This document shows positions 1 through 9,289 of a stretch of 30,997 nucleotides of DNA, piece after piece. The stretch's first letter is position 1, and each line of letters begins with the position of its first letter. The notes under the pieces were generated by a model. The model worked only from the letters and a program-made list of their open reading frames with translations, did not search any database and was not told the DNA's origin. The DNA lies in IMG/VR virus record IMGVR_UViG_3300006428_000049, positions 1 through 30,997 of that record; one strand, 5' to 3'. The position numbers and the translations under genes are program-made. The stretch comes from a virus (lineage: Duplodnaviria > Caudoviricetes).

Positions 1-357
1 TCAGGCCACCCGCACCGGATGCTGGAAGGTGGCCTGCCGGCCCAGGGCGTCCACAACGGTGATGCGGAGCAGACAGCGGCCGTCATGCGGCTGAACACTT
101 ACCACGTCGATGGAGCGCGCCCGGCCGTCGTCAAGGAGCGGTTGCAGGGCTGCGGCGGCATATTGCCGGGCCAACACGCCGATGCGAGGCAGGTCCTTGG
201 AGCGCGCCAGCTCATGCAAACGCGACCCGATGGTCGGGTCCGCCCACCAGGAGCCGAGCGGTGTCGCCAAACGAATATAGACGGCGTTGCCCAGGTGGTT
301 TATTCGGGAAGGCGAATATTCACCGGTATATGGATCAATGCCACGGTCGATGCCCAT
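1..357 (-). CDS. Mu gp46-like baseplate wedge protein (phage GP46 family)
   Basis: Motifs GSWWADPTIGSRL and ALQPLLDDGRA; lies downstream of the gp45 spike as in Mu; ATG at 357 preferred over the GTG at 366 because of the promoter geometry. Confidence 0.85.
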   Translation of the reverse strand: MGIDRGIDPYTGEYSPSRINHLGNAVYIRLATPLGSWWADPTIGSRLHELARSKDLPRIGVLARQYAAAALQPLLDDGRARSIDVVSVQPHDGRCLLRITVVDALGRQATFQHPVRVA

Positions 358-359
358 GG

Positions 360-409
360 CCGCCACTCTAGTGGCGGTGCGGGGTGGTGGGATAGGTGAA
401 GGGGTTCAG
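360..409 (-). promoter_or_regulatory. Late promoter 1 (Mor/C-type activator box plus -10 inside an inverted repeat)
   Basis: CTGAACCCCTTCACCTATC on the minus strand (391-409), 20-bp spacer, then TAGAGT (370-365) inside the CCGCCAC/GTGGCGG inverted repeat; identical box at 12926 and 23486. Confidence 0.75.
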
Positions 410-442
410 GACGCGTTACAACATATTTTTAGCGAGGGACAA

Positions 443-1102
443 ATGGACATCAAAAGAATAGACGCGGAATGTCCAAGCTGCGACGGGACTCGGTCTTGTG
501 ATGTACTATTCAATAAAAAGCTCCGCTGGGAGCATGAAGAATCGGGGATATGCGGACATAACATTTATTATGTTCTTAAATGTAGAGGGTGTAATGCGAT
601 ATTTTTTCAATTTGAAGAGCTTTGTTCAGAGGACTTGGACGATGATGGAAGGATGCGGCCGAGAATTAAACAATTACCATCTGTTGAAAAATCAAAGCGT
701 TCAAATAGGTTCTTGAATGAATCGTATTTCCCGTTTAAAAAATTCGAATCACATTTGTTCTCTGAAATTTATAAAGCGATTAATAACGACATGCTAATTT
801 TGGCAGCGATGGGAATTAGATCATTAATAGATCATATTGCAGTACGACTAACAGGGAAAAACGATAATTACACGAAAAATATAAAAAATTTGGTAGCCGG
901 TGGATATGCTTCAGAAAAGCAAAAAGAGATACTTGATGCGACACTTAATTTAGGACACGGAGCAGTACATCGTGGCCATATCCCAACCGCCGAGCAAGTA
1001 GCCGTTGCGCTTGATATAACAGAAAGTATGATAGAGATGCTCTTGATTAACAAAGAAAAAGCTGACGATTTGAGCAAAACTGTACCTGCTCGACCAAAAT
1101 AG
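443..1102 (+). CDS. DUF4145-like (HEPN-related) protein with N-terminal zinc ribbon; accessory gene
   Basis: CPSC...CRGC zinc ribbon; AAMGIRSLID...LNLGHGAVH pattern typical of DUF4145; AT-rich and antisense to the phage genes; GAGGGA SD before ATG 443. Confidence 0.7.
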   Translation: MDIKRIDAECPSCDGTRSCDVLFNKKLRWEHEESGICGHNIYYVLKCRGCNAIFFQFEELCSEDLDDDGRMRPRIKQLPSVEKSKRSNRFLNESYFPFKKFESHLFSEIYKAINNDMLILAAMGIRSLIDHIAVRLTGKNDNYTKNIKNLVAGGYASEKQKEILDATLNLGHGAVHRGHIPTAEQVAVALDITESMIEMLLINKEKADDLSKTVPARPK

Positions 1103-1120
1103 CATATCTGGCAGGTAGCG

Positions 1121-1277
1121 TCATAGAACACTAAGTAGCGGATCATCCGTCGGCCCGCCGCCGTCATTCTCGGGATGGACGTGGTGCACGAGTGACACCC
1201 CGCCCGTGATGTGATCCACGTCCGCCCGTGATATCCCGGTAATATGCAGATTCCCCCGCCAGACGCCGTTGTAGTCC
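1121..1277 (-). pseudogene. Diverged duplicate of the 3' end of the gp45 spike gene
   Basis: 1143-1277 matches 1793-1927 at 125 of 135 positions; encodes GVWRGNLHITG...SLVHHVHPENDGGGPTD with its own stop at 1121. Confidence 0.9.
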
Positions 1278-1340
1278 CCGAAGTCCCCGTTATCGCGAAA
1301 CGTGCACCCTGAGGATTTTAACCTTAGTCTAATACTTATA

Positions 1341-1349
1341 TGGTATAGT
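1341..1349 (+). promoter_or_regulatory. Putative extended -10 promoter for the GIY-YIG gene
   Basis: TGgTATAGT about 40 bp upstream of ATG 1391. Confidence 0.4.
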
Positions 1350-1390
1350 GGAATATTCAACATCACGACTTTTGGAGTCAGCCCAACAAT

Positions 1391-1753
1391 ATGGAAACGC
1401 ACATTATCTTAGAAATAAAACTCAAATGGTGCGAATGGGTCAATTGGGACTCTATTAAAAACGATGAGGTAAATGTTCCGTCCAAGTCTGGTGTTTACGA
1501 AGCCCGATTGGTCAGCGGTGAAGTCTTGACAATAGGAAAATCAAATAACCTTTGTCGCCGGATAACAAGGTCATTGGTCAAAGGATTACTTCCTCATTCG
1601 TCTGGAAAAAAAATCCGAGACAAGGAAGACGTCAACTCTGTTGTAATAAGATGGGCAGAGACAAAGATGCCGGCGGCAGCTGAAGAATATCTATTAAACC
1701 AGTACAAAGAAAACCATGATGCTAATTTCCCGAAGTATGTTGCGCAAATATGA
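1391..1753 (+). CDS. Small GIY-YIG-like nuclease; accessory gene
   Basis: PSKSGVYE...LTIGKSNNLCRRI...AEEYLL...P..(Y) follows the GIY-YIG core pattern (YIG altered to TIG); AT-rich and antisense. Confidence 0.65.
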   Translation: METHIILEIKLKWCEWVNWDSIKNDEVNVPSKSGVYEARLVSGEVLTIGKSNNLCRRITRSLVKGLLPHSSGKKIRDKEDVNSVVIRWAETKMPAAAEEYLLNQYKENHDANFPKYVAQI

Positions 1754-1767
1754 TTTCCGTTTGAATC

Positions 1768-2427
1768 CTAAATTCCTGACGACCCCAGGGGCTCATCCGT
1801 CGGCCCGCCGCCATCATTCTCGGGATGGACGTGGTGTACCAGCGACACCCCGCCCGTGATGTGATCCACGTCCGCCCGGGACGTCCCGGTAATATGCAGA
1901 TTCCCGCGCCAGACGCCGTCGCAGTCCGCCCCGTCTTCGTCGCCGCCCAGGTCCCAGACGGGCGCGTATAAGCCCATGCGCTGGCTGGCGCGCAGGCGGA
2001 TGCGCGCCGCCGTCATGTCGATCTCGTCCTTGGCCCGGACCTCCAGCTTGTCGCATTCGATGGCCACGACCTTATCCTGCTTTAGGGTGATCTTGGCCCC
2101 GGCCTGGTTGTAGACGCAGACCTCGCCGCTTTTAAGCGCCTGCACGCGGTAGTTGCCGTGCTCGGTGGCCACGATGACGCTGTGCGCGCTCTTGCCGCCA
2201 AGAGGCAGCACGATGCACTGGCTGCCGGCCGGCGGGGCCGACGTAAAGCCGAACTGCTGAAACACTTCGGAAGCCTGCAATTGCTCGCCGGCCAGGCCGT
2301 CGGCCTGCAACAACTGCACGCCGGGCGTGGTGTCCAGCGCCGTGAGAACGGCCCGAAACCCCAGGCGCACCCGGGACAAGGCGCGCGCGATCTTGGCGTC
2401 CACGCGCCGCAGAAAATCGTTGCTCAT
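1768..2427 (-). CDS. Baseplate spike/assembly protein (Mu gp45, gpV family)
   Basis: FQQFGFTSAPP, LKSGEVCVYN, C-terminal HxH apex motif (HHVH); synteny after gp44. Confidence 0.9.
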   Translation of the reverse strand: MSNDFLRRVDAKIARALSRVRLGFRAVLTALDTTPGVQLLQADGLAGEQLQASEVFQQFGFTSAPPAGSQCIVLPLGGKSAHSVIVATEHGNYRVQALKSGEVCVYNQAGAKITLKQDKVVAIECDKLEVRAKDEIDMTAARIRLRASQRMGLYAPVWDLGGDEDGADCDGVWRGNLHITGTSRADVDHITGGVSLVHHVHPENDGGGPTDEPLGSSGI

Positions 2428-3533
2428 GACAAGTCCACCACCTTCCCGGCGCTTGCCGTCTTGCCTTTGCTTTTGCCGTTGGTCTTGGCCAGCGCGGGCA
2501 GCCAGACGCCGTCCTCTTTGAGCGTCAGCTCGGTGACGCCGCCCTTGTCGCGGCCGCCCAGGAACGTGCGGCCCATCAGGAAATAGGTGGCGTCCAGGCC
2601 ATGGGGCTCGCTGACCAGCCGCACACGCTGCCCGGGCGTCCAGGGCTTGCCGCTTTCCCCCTGTCCCGTGACGCGGTGCCCGCGCACCAGGGCGGTGAGG
2701 GTCAGCCCCTCCAGCCGCGAATCCATGAGCGCCTTTTGCGCCCGGCGCTTGGCCTCGGCCGCGCCGTCGCAGTCGCCGGCAACCAGGATAAGCGGCCGAT
2801 AGCCCGGCACGTCAGGGTCGGTCTCGCGGTGCTGGATGTCGTGCTTCCCGTCCACCGTCTCGGTGCCGTGGGACTGGCCAAGCACCGTGACCTCGCTGTA
2901 GCGGCCGGACACGTCCTCGGTGACGGCAAGGGAGCGCATGTTGTTGCCCGCGCCATCGAAGCGCATGACCAGCGTGGCCACGGGCGCGGCGGCGTAGTCC
3001 GGGCCGCCGACCACGAGGGTGCCGTCGGGCTCGAACCAGGCCCAGCAGCCGTTGGCCTCGCAGGCCTGCCCCAAGGCGTCCCAGGCGGTCATGCCCGGCT
3101 CGATCTCCACCTTCTCCCGCGCGTTTACGACGTCCACCCGGACCTTCGAGACGCCGAGCGGCCGCACGGCCAGGTCCACCACTTCGGTGAGCGTGACCTT
3201 GCGCCGGGTGAAGATGGGGGCCGAGCAATCCACCAGCACGGCGGCGTTGTCGCGGCCGGAAAGCGTCAGGGAGTGCGAGCCCTTGGCCACTTCGCGCTCG
3301 ATGCGGTCGATGCGGCCGGTCAGGACCACGTCCTGGCCCAGGCAGGCCTCCATGGCCGCCCAGGGCCGCACCGTGGCCGGAATCCTGTCCGCCGGGATGC
3401 CGAGCGTCACGCGCCAGGCGTCGGCCGGGGTGATCAGGTGCGACTCGATGCGGTAGCTGGTCCAGTCCCGGTGCTCCCGGCCGGCCACGCGAATGGTGAT
3501 GCGCTCGTCGGTGGCGTCAGCTGGCGAAGCCAT
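2424..3533 (-). CDS. Baseplate hub protein (Mu gp44/gpP)
   Basis: DWTSYRIES, LTLSGRD...LVDCS, WTPGQRV motifs; start reassigned to ATG 3533. Confidence 0.9.
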   Translation of the reverse strand: MASPADATDERITIRVAGREHRDWTSYRIESHLITPADAWRVTLGIPADRIPATVRPWAAMEACLGQDVVLTGRIDRIEREVAKGSHSLTLSGRDNAAVLVDCSAPIFTRRKVTLTEVVDLAVRPLGVSKVRVDVVNAREKVEIEPGMTAWDALGQACEANGCWAWFEPDGTLVVGGPDYAAAPVATLVMRFDGAGNNMRSLAVTEDVSGRYSEVTVLGQSHGTETVDGKHDIQHRETDPDVPGYRPLILVAGDCDGAAEAKRRAQKALMDSRLEGLTLTALVRGHRVTGQGESGKPWTPGQRVRLVSEPHGLDATYFLMGRTFLGGRDKGGVTELTLKEDGVWLPALAKTNGKSKGKTASAGKVVDLS

Positions 3534-4875
3534 AGAGCACCTGGCCTTGGGCCACGAAATTGGGATTGCGCAGGCCCGGATTGAGCCGGGCCAGTTCGGC
3601 GGCGCGCGTGTGGTCGCCGTAGAGCCAGTGGGCGAGCAGCCGCAGGTTGCACAGGCTCGGGGCGGCATGCGTCACCAACGGCGGGTGCAGGTGAATGACC
3701 GTGGCCCCAAGCTCCTGGACGGAAAGCGCCGCCGTGCGCAGCCGCTCGACCACCGGGTAGGCCTGCTCGGTGGGCAGCACCAGCCGGTGTTCGTCCAGGC
3801 AGTCCTGGTAGCGTTGGCGCGTCGCGCCCACGATGGCTTCCACCTCGGCCGGGGTGAGGGTCGGCTCGGCCGCGTCCTCGGCCAAGGCCTTGCCGGCCAC
3901 ATTGCCCATGGCCACGGCCCGCTCCAGGTTGCACACGGCCGCCGCCATGGCCCAGGCCTGGCCGGTGGCGCTGGAAAGGTCCGCCTCGGGTGCGGCGCTT
4001 TCCGGGCCGGTCGCGGCCACGACCACGCTTGGCCGGGCTATGGCCGCGCCGGTCAGCGGCCCGGTGACCACCCCCCCGGCATAAAGCGCCGGGTCCAGGC
4101 GATAGGTCGAGGGACTCCCGGCGGCCGTCAGGGGCAGGCGCGGCAGCTTGTCCGAGATGGCCGCCAACCGGGCGAAACGGCCGAAGGTTTCCGCCGGGAG
4201 GTCGGCCAGGTCGGTCACGGCGGCGGTCACGGCCCGGGCCTCGGAAGCCAGGGCTTGCGGTATGGCCAAAAAGTCGGAGGCCACCACCCGGGGAAGCCCG
4301 GCCAGGTCCCTGGCCAGGCTGGTGACGGAACGGACCGCGCCCAGCACTTCGCCCCGAACATAGGCAGCGAGCCTGACCGGCACCGTGGCGGCCCAGGCGG
4401 CATAGCCGGCCCAGGAGGCCAGGGTGGCCAGGGACAAGGCGCTTTGCTGGTCCCCGGCCAGGCTCGCCGCTTGGGCCGTGGGCGTGGCCGGCTTGTCGAA
4501 AAAGGGAATGTCCGGGCTGGCCTCCATGAAGACCAGCTCCATCTCGGCATAGTCCGGGTGGTCCTCGTGGTGATCCACGCGGTAGCTGGGGCAGGCCATG
4601 GTCAGGGAGCCGAACACGGGGTGGATGAGTTCCCCCTTGCCGGGCGTGTCCAGGGCGGCAATGAGGCGGGTTACGGCCTCCTCATAGTCGTCGCCCCAAA
4701 AGACGGCCCGGAAGGTGACCTTGCGCGGCCGACGGCCCATGTCCTCGATTTCCGCACCGTCGCGGTAAGGGTATTCGTGCTGCACCAGAGCCCGCTCCAC
4801 GTCGTCGCGCGCGGCGATGACGTCAAAGGGCACACCGCGAAAGGAGGCGGGCAAAAGCGAATCGCGCCAGGCCAT
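3517..4875 (-). CDS. DNA circularisation protein (Mu gpN/gp43)
   Basis: MAWRDSLLPASFRGVPF, HEYPYRDG, GELIHPVFG, LYGDHTRAAELARLNP. Confidence 0.92.
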   Translation of the reverse strand: MAWRDSLLPASFRGVPFDVIAARDDVERALVQHEYPYRDGAEIEDMGRRPRKVTFRAVFWGDDYEEAVTRLIAALDTPGKGELIHPVFGSLTMACPSYRVDHHEDHPDYAEMELVFMEASPDIPFFDKPATPTAQAASLAGDQQSALSLATLASWAGYAAWAATVPVRLAAYVRGEVLGAVRSVTSLARDLAGLPRVVASDFLAIPQALASEARAVTAAVTDLADLPAETFGRFARLAAISDKLPRLPLTAAGSPSTYRLDPALYAGGVVTGPLTGAAIARPSVVVAATGPESAAPEADLSSATGQAWAMAAAVCNLERAVAMGNVAGKALAEDAAEPTLTPAEVEAIVGATRQRYQDCLDEHRLVLPTEQAYPVVERLRTAALSVQELGATVIHLHPPLVTHAAPSLCNLRLLAHWLYGDHTRAAELARLNPGLRNPNFVAQGQVLYGFAS

Positions 4876-4877
4876 GG

Positions 4878-6992
4878 CTACTCCCGTTTGGCGTCGGCCG
4901 TGTTGTAGTCGTTGACGGCCCGGGCCACTTCGCGGCCGTCCAGGTGGAGCACGGACTCCACGTGCAAGGTGCTCTTGTCCTCGACCACCACCTTTTGGGC
5001 GTCGGCCTTGGCCTGGGTGGACGGCCCCCACAGCTTTTCCCCGGCCCATCGCCCCAGGTCGCTGCCGGCCCACCAGCCGGCGGCCCCGCCGGCCAGACCG
5101 CCCACAATGCCGCCGGCGGCCGTGCCGAGCCCCGGCACCACGGAACCCAGGGCCGCGCCGCCGGCCGCCCCCAGCTTCATGCCGGCAATGGCCCCGGCCA
5201 GTCCGCCGGCGTTTTCGCTATGGCGCACGTTTTTTTGCGCCCGGGTCAGGGCGTCGTTGCTCTCGGTGGCATAAATGTCCCAGGCGGCTAGGCCGGCCGT
5301 GGCCAGAAGTCCGCCCTTGCCTCCAAACAGGCCCAGCAGGCCGCCACTTCCGGCAGCGGCGGCGGCCCCGCCGCCGGCACCGCCGGTAAAAAGGCGCATG
5401 GCCCCGAAGGCGGCGGCCGCCGCGCTCATGGTGCCAATGGCCGTGGCCGCCTCGGTGGTTACGGTCGCCAGGGTGGGGAAGCGCCGGGCCAGGTCGGTGG
5501 CCGCGTCCGCCGCTGCCTTCAGCGGCCCGCCCACGTCGCCGAGCATGCGCGAGCGCGCGATATCGGCCTCGTTGGCCGTGCTTTCCAGGTGCGCGTCCGT
5601 GGTGGAGCGGTACACCTGATAGGCTTTCTCGCCCGTGCCCTTGGCGCTTCGTATCTGCCCGGCCACGTCCGCGATGTAGGCTTTCTGGCTGGTGGCTGCG
5701 ATGAGCGCCAGCAAGGCCTGCCGGTCCTGGACCACCTTGCCCACGGCCGAGGCATTGGCCAGGTCGGCCATGTCGGAAAGAATCTGCTGGCGCTCGGCCC
5801 CCTGGGCCTTGCCGAGGCGCGCCTGGAGCTTGGCGTAGCGCTTGTCCTTGCCGACGATCTCCTTGTCCACGAGCTTGGCGAAGGCTTCCAAGGGCAGCAT
5901 GCCCTGTTCCCGCGCCCGGGTGAGCGTGCCGGTCAGGTCGATGCCGAGCTTGGCGAAATCCTTTCGCGTGTCCTGGGAGTTTAATTTTTGCAGCAGGTTG
6001 ACCAGGTTGTTGCCGGCTTCGTCGCGGCTGCCGGCGGTGACGGCCGCCGCCTGGGCATAGGCCAAAAGCTGCTCGAAGCCGGCCATGGACTTCATGCCCG
6101 AGCCCAAGGCCATCATCTTGGGCAGCCACTTGGCCATGTCCCGCAGCTCGAAGCCGCCGGCCTGTCCGGCGGCCATGGCTTTGTCCAGGGCCTGGCCGGC
6201 CTGCCCTTCGGTGAAAAATTTCTGCTGAATGCCCCGGATGACGATCTCGGCGATCTCGTTCGAGCCGGCCCCGGAAGCGGTGGCGAACTTCTGGATGGTG
6301 GGCAGGAGCTTGGTTGCCGCGTCGGCCTTGACGGCTCCCGAGGCCAGCATGGCGTCCAGGGCTTCGGCCGCCTGGTCGCGCCCGCCGCCGCCTTGGCGCA
6401 CGGCCGTGTTGACCGCGTTTTCCAGGCCCTGCATGCCAGCGATGCGGCCGGCCACGTCGCGGTCGGCGTAGGCGGTGTTGGCCATGAGCGCCAGGCGCTT
6501 CTCGAAGGAAATCGGCCTGGCCAGCGCCCGGCCGGCGACCATGGCCCCGGCGGTTGCGCCCGCGCCGACCTGGCCAATGCCTTTGACCGCGCCCAGGGCC
6601 GCCCGACCGGCCGCACCCACACCGCGCAGGGCGTCGCGCAGACGGTTGCCGGCCCGGACCGCCTGGTCGAGGCCGTGCAAGGCCTCGTAGGCCATGGTGC
6701 CCACGGACTTGACCGCGCTCCCCGCCCGGCCGACGTCCGAGACTTCCCGAGCCGCCCGGCGCGCGGTTTGCCCCAGGCCGCCCATGAGCTTGTCCGTATC
6801 GGCGGCCGCGATGCCGATCGAGCGCACGCCGTCGCCGGCGCGGTCCAGCCGGCCCAGTTGCCGTGCGGCGGCCCCGGCTCCCTGGCCCACGCCCTTGGCG
6901 GCCCGGGTCAGCGCCTCCAGCGACTTGGCCGCCCGGCCGGCCATCTCGTCGCGCAGGCGCAGGACAACGGCGATTTCCGTGGACTTGCCCAT
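4878..6992 (-). CDS. Tail tape measure protein
   Basis: 704 aa, Ala/Gly-rich and helical, GGFELRDMA core; position between chaperone and gpN. Confidence 0.9.
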   Translation of the reverse strand: MGKSTEIAVVLRLRDEMAGRAAKSLEALTRAAKGVGQGAGAAARQLGRLDRAGDGVRSIGIAAADTDKLMGGLGQTARRAAREVSDVGRAGSAVKSVGTMAYEALHGLDQAVRAGNRLRDALRGVGAAGRAALGAVKGIGQVGAGATAGAMVAGRALARPISFEKRLALMANTAYADRDVAGRIAGMQGLENAVNTAVRQGGGGRDQAAEALDAMLASGAVKADAATKLLPTIQKFATASGAGSNEIAEIVIRGIQQKFFTEGQAGQALDKAMAAGQAGGFELRDMAKWLPKMMALGSGMKSMAGFEQLLAYAQAAAVTAGSRDEAGNNLVNLLQKLNSQDTRKDFAKLGIDLTGTLTRAREQGMLPLEAFAKLVDKEIVGKDKRYAKLQARLGKAQGAERQQILSDMADLANASAVGKVVQDRQALLALIAATSQKAYIADVAGQIRSAKGTGEKAYQVYRSTTDAHLESTANEADIARSRMLGDVGGPLKAAADAATDLARRFPTLATVTTEAATAIGTMSAAAAAFGAMRLFTGGAGGGAAAAAGSGGLLGLFGGKGGLLATAGLAAWDIYATESNDALTRAQKNVRHSENAGGLAGAIAGMKLGAAGGAALGSVVPGLGTAAGGIVGGLAGGAAGWWAGSDLGRWAGEKLWGPSTQAKADAQKVVVEDKSTLHVESVLHLDGREVARAVNDYNTADAKRE

Positions 6993-6995
6993 GGC

Positions 6996-7471
6996 CTACG
7001 CCCCTCCCTTGCGACGGCGCGGCACGATGCGCCGACCGTTGCCGGAACCGGCGCGGCCGGTCAGGATGGCCAGATAGGCTTCCGCCTGGGGCATGGTCAT
7101 GGCGCGGATGTCTCCCAAGGTAAATTTGCCCGCCAGCGCTACTTCGAGGAGCCGGAAGTCCCGGAGTCGGCGCTCGCGGGCGCGAGCTTTCCCCGCAGGG
7201 ACTCCTCGGCCGCGGCAAGGGGCGTGTAGTCGCTGTAGTGCAACCCGGCCAAAAGCTCGGGGGTGATGGCCTCGGGCGCAAGCGTCCCCAGGCGGGTGAG
7301 CGCCCGGGACCAGACATAGCGGGACAGACGCGCCGAGCAGGCGTTTTCCGGGGCGTTTTCAATGGCCCACTCCATGTCCTCGATGGTGGGCACGCGCATC
7401 TCGAAGTCCTTGTGCAGCGCGCCGGCGGCGTCCTTGTAGCCGACGGACAATTGCCCGGTAACGGTCATCAT
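6996..7471 (-). CDS. Tail assembly chaperone, frameshifted long form (G-T type)
   Basis: Slippery G GGA AAG at 7193-7187; the -1 frame continues ARARERRLRDFRLLEVALAGKFTLGDIRAMTMPQAEAYL... to TAG at 6996, 3 nt before the tape measure ATG. Confidence 0.75.
7139..7471 (-). CDS. Tail assembly chaperone (Mu gp41/gpE family), short form
   Basis: Position between tube and tape measure; EMRVPTIED...L..L...DY pattern. Confidence 0.8.
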   Translation of the reverse strand: MMTVTGQLSVGYKDAAGALHKDFEMRVPTIEDMEWAIENAPENACSARLSRYVWSRALTRLGTLAPEAITPELLAGLHYSDYTPLAAAEESLRGKLAPASADSGTSGSSK

Positions 7472-7474
7472 GGG

Positions 7475-7849
7475 CTATTCCTCCACCTTGTTGAGGGACA
7501 GCAGCTTGGCGTCGATGCGCGCCTCGTTGTCCACTGTGTATTTGCCGCCGACGCTGACCACGGCGCAGTCCTGGTAGGTTTCGCGCTTGCCGCCGTCGGT
7601 GACGGGATAGATGGTCAGCTTGGCCCCTTCCACGCCCGACCAGTCCAGGGCGTCGTCCTTGGGCACGGCGGCGGTGATGGACAGCTCCCAGGTTTTGACG
7701 CCCTGGTGGTAGCCCAGGGCGCGGCCGGTGCGGTTCATGGTCTTGACGACCTTGCGGCCGGCGTCGTGCTGTTCGCCGAACTCGATGACCTCGTATTCCT
7801 GGCCGTCGATTTCCAGCACGACGGCCCCGAGGTATTCCTTTAACGCCAT
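7475..7849 (-). CDS. Tail tube protein
   Basis: 124-aa beta-rich protein directly after the sheath; GGAGG SD. Confidence 0.8.
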   Translation of the reverse strand: MALKEYLGAVVLEIDGQEYEVIEFGEQHDAGRKVVKTMNRTGRALGYHQGVKTWELSITAAVPKDDALDWSGVEGAKLTIYPVTDGGKRETYQDCAVVSVGGKYTVDNEARIDAKLLSLNKVEE

Positions 7850-7864
7850 GGTGATTTCCCTCCG

Positions 7865-9289
7865 TTAGAGCAGCAGGTCGATGCGGCCGGCAAAGACGTG
7901 CAGGCCGTTGACCACGTCGGCCGGGATGGCGGCGTCCAGCCGGTTGGGGTCCTGGCTGTCGCGCTCCACGATGAGCGCCGGCAGGTTGGCCTTGACCTCC
8001 TCCACGATCTCCAGCTCCTCCAGCTTGTAGAGCACGTCGATAAGCTCGCTTCTGACCTTCGCCGCCGTGCGGTTGGTCAGCTTTTCGCGCGGAAAGCGCA
8101 GGCTGATGCGCTCGCGGCAGGCCGTGCGCACGTAATCCAGGGTGCGAATGGTGGTCAGGTCGAGCAGCGCGATGTCTTCGATGCCTTGCGGGTCGCGGGT
8201 GTAGGTGGTGATGGCCCGCACGATCTGCACCACCTCGCCGGGACCGACTTCCAAGGGCGTCACGCCGTTATAAAGGGCCGACTCTTGTTCCATGCGGCCC
8301 AGGCGCTTGGGCACGGGCGGCACGGCCACGGGCGTAAGCGCCAAGGTGTTGAGCGGCCGGGCCGGGTCTTCCTCGCTGGCGATGACGGCGGCGTAGGCGG
8401 CGGCCACCACCCAGCCCGGCGAGGCCGTGCCGGGCAACAAGGCGCAGGTGATGCGGCCGGAATTGATGCTCCCCGCCAGGGTGGTGGCCTGGGCCAGGGT
8501 GCCGGTGTGGGCGTAGACGCCGATGGCCCCGCGTTGCTCCAGGGCATGGCTCACCGCGTCCAGGTGGGCGCGCAAGGCGGTCAGCTGGGCCTGGCCGCTA
8601 TAGGGCACGGCGATGATGTCGTGGCCGTCGGCAAAGACAGCGGCAAGGGCCGGGGCAATGTCCGGGTCCACCGCGCCGCCGGCCATGGCCGAAAGCTCCA
8701 TGGCCAGGCCGTCCACGGCCAGGGAGCAGGCCAGCGTGATGCCGTTGCCTGTTTCGCCCTTGTTGCGCGCGGTCAGGGTCACCACGCCGTTTGCGGCGGC
8801 GGCCGTCACGGGCAGCGTGCGGTTGGCGTTGACCTTTGCGGCCAGGGCGTCGGCCACGGCGGCGGCGGTGTCGCCCAGGGCGGCCGCGACCTGGAGGAGC
8901 TGCGCGCCGATGGTCAGGTTGACCACGCCGATGCCGGCGGACGTGCCGGTCAGCGTCACCGTGCCGGCGGCGGCAATGCCGGCTTCGTCGCCTGGCACGG
9001 TGACGACCGTCAGGCGCAGGTAGGGGTTGGCGGTGATGGCCGCGCGCACCATCAAGTGGGCCAGGGAGCCGGTGCCGAAAAGCGTGCGCGCCTCCTCGTC
9101 GGAGAAGACCTCCACCGGCGTCAGCGTCGGCTGGCTGCCCTCGGTCGTGCCTTGGGCCACGATCAGCACGCGCTGCACGTTGGCCGGCAGGGTGCGCACG
9201 GCCAGCTTGGTGTTGAACTCGAAATACTTGCCCGGCTTGCGGATGGAGGCCGGCAAGGTGTCGAAGCTGATGTTGGGGCTGGCCATCAT
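7865..9289 (-). CDS. Tail sheath protein (Mu gpL)
   Basis: SIRKPGKYFEFN, DPARPLNTL, NGVTPL, RAITTY, DVVNGLHVFA. Confidence 0.95.
   Translation of the reverse strand: MMASPNISFDTLPASIRKPGKYFEFNTKLAVRTLPANVQRVLIVAQGTTEGSQPTLTPVEVFSDEEARTLFGTGSLAHLMVRAAITANPYLRLTVVTVPGDEAGIAAAGTVTLTGTSAGIGVVNLTIGAQLLQVAAALGDTAAAVADALAAKVNANRTLPVTAAAANGVVTLTARNKGETGNGITLACSLAVDGLAMELSAMAGGAVDPDIAPALAAVFADGHDIIAVPYSGQAQLTALRAHLDAVSHALEQRGAIGVYAHTGTLAQATTLAGSINSGRITCALLPGTASPGWVVAAAYAAVIASEEDPARPLNTLALTPVAVPPVPKRLGRMEQESALYNGVTPLEVGPGEVVQIVRAITTYTRDPQGIEDIALLDLTTIRTLDYVRTACRERISLRFPREKLTNRTAAKVRSELIDVLYKLEELEIVEEVKANLPALIVERDSQDPNRLDAAIPADVVNGLHVFAGRIDLLL

Noticed and set aside
287-442. N-terminal extension of the DUF4145 ORF
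   Set aside because: Overlaps gp46 and the late promoter; ATG 443 has an SD and begins the AT-rich coding segment
1278-1767. Group I intron containing the GIY-YIG ORF
   Set aside because: The ORF is antisense to gp45, gp45 is complete with its own stop, and no intron core is recognisable
1143-1927. Repeat pair as a DGR template/variable repeat
   Set aside because: Mismatches are not adenine-specific (only 5 of 10 have A in the copy's coding strand), most are synonymous, and there is no reverse transcriptase in the window
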